A stretch of 64,000 nt of DNA from a bacterium (lineage in GTDB: Bacteria > Patescibacteriota > Minisyncoccia > Minisyncoccales > JANBVM01): assembly GCA_030588745.1 (NCBI GenBank), contig JAUUXB010000003.1, forward strand, positions 9,358 to 73,357. Direction: 5' to 3'. A program made the translations under genes and the position numbers. The first letter of the stretch is position 1. Every line of letters starts with the position of its first letter. Under the pieces are notes generated by a model. That model saw only the letters and a list, made by a program, of their open reading frames with translations. It did not search any database and was not told the origin of the DNA. Positions 61,642 through 64,000 of the stretch are shown in pieces.

Positions 61642-63064
61642 TTTTAAAAAAATATCTAATTGGTTGTGGGAAATACCTAAAAGTTTTAGGTCTGATATGC
61701 GTGTTCCGGCTAGAATTTATACTTCAGAAAGAATCTTGGAAACTATAGAGCCTGGTGCTTTAGAACAAGTTATTAATGTAGCTTCTTTACCCGGAATTGT
61801 TAAATACTCTTTAGCCATGCCAGATATTCATACAGGCTATGGATTTGTTATTGGCGGTGTGGCTGCAACCAAGTTTCCAGACGGAGTAATCTCGCCATCT
61901 GGAATTGGTTTTGATCAGAATTGCGGTGTTAGATTATTGAAATCCAACTCAACTTATGGAGAAATAAAAGGTCATTTAGAGAAGCTTGCTGCAGAAATTC
62001 AAACGCAAATTCCATCAGGACTGGGAAGAGGAAGGAAGATTAAATTAAGCATTGCTCAAATCAATGAAATCTTAGAAGGAGGAGTTCAATACTTGGTTGA
62101 ACAAGGATATGGTAATAAAGAAGACATTGAAAATTGTGAATCTAAGGGAAAATTAGAGCAGGCAGATCCTTCTTTTGTTTCAGATAAAGCAAAAAATAGG
62201 GGAAGGAACCAGGTCGGTAGTCTTGGGAGCGGAAATCATTTTATGGAAATTCAAAAAGTAGATACTATCTTCGACGAAGACATAGCTAAAATCTTTGGTT
62301 TATTTAAAGGGCAAGTTGTGATAATGGTGCACACTGGTTCTCGTGGACTTGGCCATCAAAATTGTTCAGATTATTTAAGAGTAACAGCTCAAGCCATGTT
62401 AAAGTATAAAATTAAGGTTCCAGATAGAGAATTATCGTGCGTTCCTTTTAATTCTGAGGAAGGAGAAAGATTTTTCCAAGCAATGTCTGCCGGCGCAAAC
62501 TATGCTTGGGCTAATCGTCAAATGATAACTTTCTACATAAGAAAAGTATGGAAAAAAATATTAGGAGAAAAACAAAATCTGCATCTTCTTTATGATGTTG
62601 CTCACAATATTGCTAAAGTTGAAGAACACGAAGTTAATGGTAAAAAAATAAAATTAATTATGCATCGGAAAGGAGCAACTAGAGCTTTTCCCCCTAATCA
62701 TGTTGAAATCCCTGAACATTATCAGAAAAGCGGACAACCAGTGTTAGTGCCTGGAAGCATGGGAACAGCTTCATATGTTCTAGCGGGGACCGAGGAGTCT
62801 AAGGAATCTTGGTATACAGTTTGTCATGGTGCTGGAAGAACAATGTCAAGAAGGCAGGCAATTAGAACTATTTCTGGACAAAATGTAGTAAAAGAGTTAA
62901 AACAAAAAGGAATTACTGTTAAATGCTGGAGTTCAAGAGGAGTTGCTGAAGAAGCTCCCCAAGCATACAAGGACATTGAAAGTGTGGTTGATGTGGTTCA
63001 TAGTGCCAAGTTATCAAAAAAAGTGGCAAAATTAGTGCCTTTAGCTGTAATTAAAGGCGAGTAA
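61625..63064 (+). CDS. rtcB: RNA 3'-phosphate/5'-OH ligase RtcB
   Basis: PDIHTGYGFVIGGV, GSGNHFMEIQ, HTGSRGLGHQ, HRKGATRA and CHGAGR are canonical. Confidence 0.92.
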   Translation: MVSKNNFKKISNWLWEIPKSFRSDMRVPARIYTSERILETIEPGALEQVINVASLPGIVKYSLAMPDIHTGYGFVIGGVAATKFPDGVISPSGIGFDQNCGVRLLKSNSTYGEIKGHLEKLAAEIQTQIPSGLGRGRKIKLSIAQINEILEGGVQYLVEQGYGNKEDIENCESKGKLEQADPSFVSDKAKNRGRNQVGSLGSGNHFMEIQKVDTIFDEDIAKIFGLFKGQVVIMVHTGSRGLGHQNCSDYLRVTAQAMLKYKIKVPDRELSCVPFNSEEGERFFQAMSAGANYAWANRQMITFYIRKVWKKILGEKQNLHLLYDVAHNIAKVEEHEVNGKKIKLIMHRKGATRAFPPNHVEIPEHYQKSGQPVLVPGSMGTASYVLAGTEESKESWYTVCHGAGRTMSRRQAIRTISGQNVVKELKQKGITVKCWSSRGVAEEAPQAYKDIESVVDVVHSAKLSKKVAKLVPLAVIKGE

Positions 63065-63121
63065 CTAAAATGAAAAAATCATTAAATTGCTACAATTTTG
63101 AACTAAATTGTTTTTTAGTTT

Positions 63122-63292
63122 ATGAAGAAAAGACTGCCAAAATCAGTAAAGAAATATATTCGGAGGGAAAAAGCCAGAATCAGGCGTGAATTTTTAGATG
63201 CTAAAAAACAAGAAGAATTAATCCAAGAATTATATCAGAAATTTTTCAAAGAAAATGACAATTCAAGAAATCTACAATCTAGCAATAAATAA
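63122..63292 (+). CDS. Possible 56-aa basic small protein
   Basis: ATG at 63122 encodes MKKRLPKSVKKYIRREKARIRREFLDAKKQEELIQELYQKFFKENDNSRNLQSSNK. It overlaps the start of the NIF3-like gene. There is no other support. Confidence 0.3.
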   Translation: MKKRLPKSVKKYIRREKARIRREFLDAKKQEELIQELYQKFFKENDNSRNLQSSNK

Positions 63293-64000
63293 AGGAATTG
63301 AGGCTGATTTCAGGGAAAAAGAGTTTATTGAAAAACTTCTTCAAAGAAGAAGAAAAAAATATGAAAAACTATCTGAAAAAGAAAAGCAGTTTTTTGATAA
63401 AGAAACCTTAAAAAACCCTTATTCTGATTCTCAGATTTTACATATTGCTCAAGACAAAGAGATTAAAAGAGTTTTAATTGGTATTGATATTGAACCAGCT
63501 GAAATTCTATTAGCCAAAGAGCTTGGAAACATTGATTTAATTATTTCTCACCATCCATTAGGTAAAGCTTTGGCTAATTTACACGATGTAATGGATCTTC
63601 AGTGTGATATTTTAAACATGTATGGAGTACCAATAAATATTGCTGAAGGTTTAATGAAAGAAAAAATCTCAGAAGTAGCCCGTGGTGTTAATAAACTAAA
63701 TCATCAAAGAACAATTGATACAGCAAAGCTATTGGGCTTTAATTTAATATGCCTTCATACAACTTGTGATAATTTAGCAGCTAAATTTCTAAAAGATAAA
63801 GTTGAAGAAAAAAAGCATGATTTAGTAAGAATTGAAGATTTAATTGAGCTTTTAAAAACAATTCCAGAGTATAAACAAGCAATGAGAATTGGAGCAGGAC
63901 CTAAAATTTTTGCTGGAAATAAAGAAAATCGCTGCGGCAAAATAGCCTTAACAGAAATAACTGGTGGAACTGAGGGTTCCTCAAAGCTTTATGAGAAAAT
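63255..64000 (+). CDS. NIF3-family (dinuclear metal centre / GTP cyclohydrolase I type 2-like) protein, 3' end beyond the window
   Basis: Open frame from the ATG at 63255 to the window edge. MTIQEIYNLAINKG..., LIISHHPLGKAL and LICLHTTCDN resemble NIF3 motifs. Confidence 0.75.
   Translation, partial: MTIQEIYNLAINKGIEADFREKEFIEKLLQRRRKKYEKLSEKEKQFFDKETLKNPYSDSQILHIAQDKEIKRVLIGIDIEPAEILLAKELGNIDLIISHHPLGKALANLHDVMDLQCDILNMYGVPINIAEGLMKEKISEVARGVNKLNHQRTIDTAKLLGFNLICLHTTCDNLAAKFLKDKVEEKKHDLVRIEDLIELLKTIPEYKQAMRIGAGPKIFAGNKENRCGKIALTEITGGTEGSSKLYEK

Noticed and set aside
1-64000. Alternative genetic code (UGA recoding, as in some candidate phyla).
   Set aside because: TGA terminates well-conserved ORFs at the expected length, for example the carboxyltransferase at 2759-2761 with ATGA coupling to plsY. 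Conserved proteins show no in-frame TGA. The standard bacterial code fits.
1-64000. CRISPR arrays, transposases/IS elements, integrases, prophage genes and rRNA operons.
   Set aside because: None were seen. No spaced direct-repeat arrays, DDE or tyrosine-recombinase motifs, or phage structural gene series were seen in any ORF translation.

Overview
No similarity search was run. All calls come from reading the ORF translations, motifs and DNA by eye. The window is AT-rich and very gene-dense. It looks like chromosome from a small-genome, Patescibacteria/CPR-like bacterium; that placement is my inference from gene content. The standard code applies, because TGA and TAA are both used as stops.

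Housekeeping backbone:
- Acyl-CoA carboxylase, birA and plsY cluster (1-3.4 kb).
- nusA, clpP and rny.
- tRNA-Gly(UCC) and tRNA-Pro(UGG) on the minus strand, and tRNA-Arg(UCU) on the plus strand.
- rpsO, an NYN-domain gene and pnp.
- rsmA.
- The origin-type locus: jag-yidC-rnpA-rpmH divergent from dnaA-dnaN (40.1-44.6 kb).
- A class A PBP, tyrS, ruvC, yebC, obg, tsaE, a stand-alone 5'-3' exonuclease, holA, rpsT, a MurE-like ligase, rtcB and a NIF3 fragment.

Surface-machinery loci:
1. A type IV pilus operon (pilB, pilC, four prepilin-like genes, pilM/N/O) preceded by a histidine kinase and a receiver-only regulator (9.9-20.2 kb).
2. A chromosomal type IV secretion-like cluster without a relaxase (29.3-40.1 kb). 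It has a VirB4-type ATPase, a PrgI-like protein, a 1028-aa VirB6/TrbL-like polytopic protein and VirB2/TrbC-like pilin genes.

Most unusual observations:
- Large FN3-like or cysteine-rich extracellular domains are fused to T4SS-pilin-like C-terminal hairpins, in three genes including a tandem pair at 6.4-7.9 kb.
- Two paralogous hexapeptide-repeat, probably beta-helical, proteins sit at 26.3 kb (upstream of the T4SS-like cluster) and at 35.2 kb (inside it). One carries 26 glutamine-phased hexads. The other has no canonical start codon.
- A promoter-to-terminator structured RNA candidate lies at about 51.95-52.09 kb.
- A decayed fpg/mutM N-terminal relic lies upstream of holA.

No CRISPR array, transposase, integrase or rRNA was seen.
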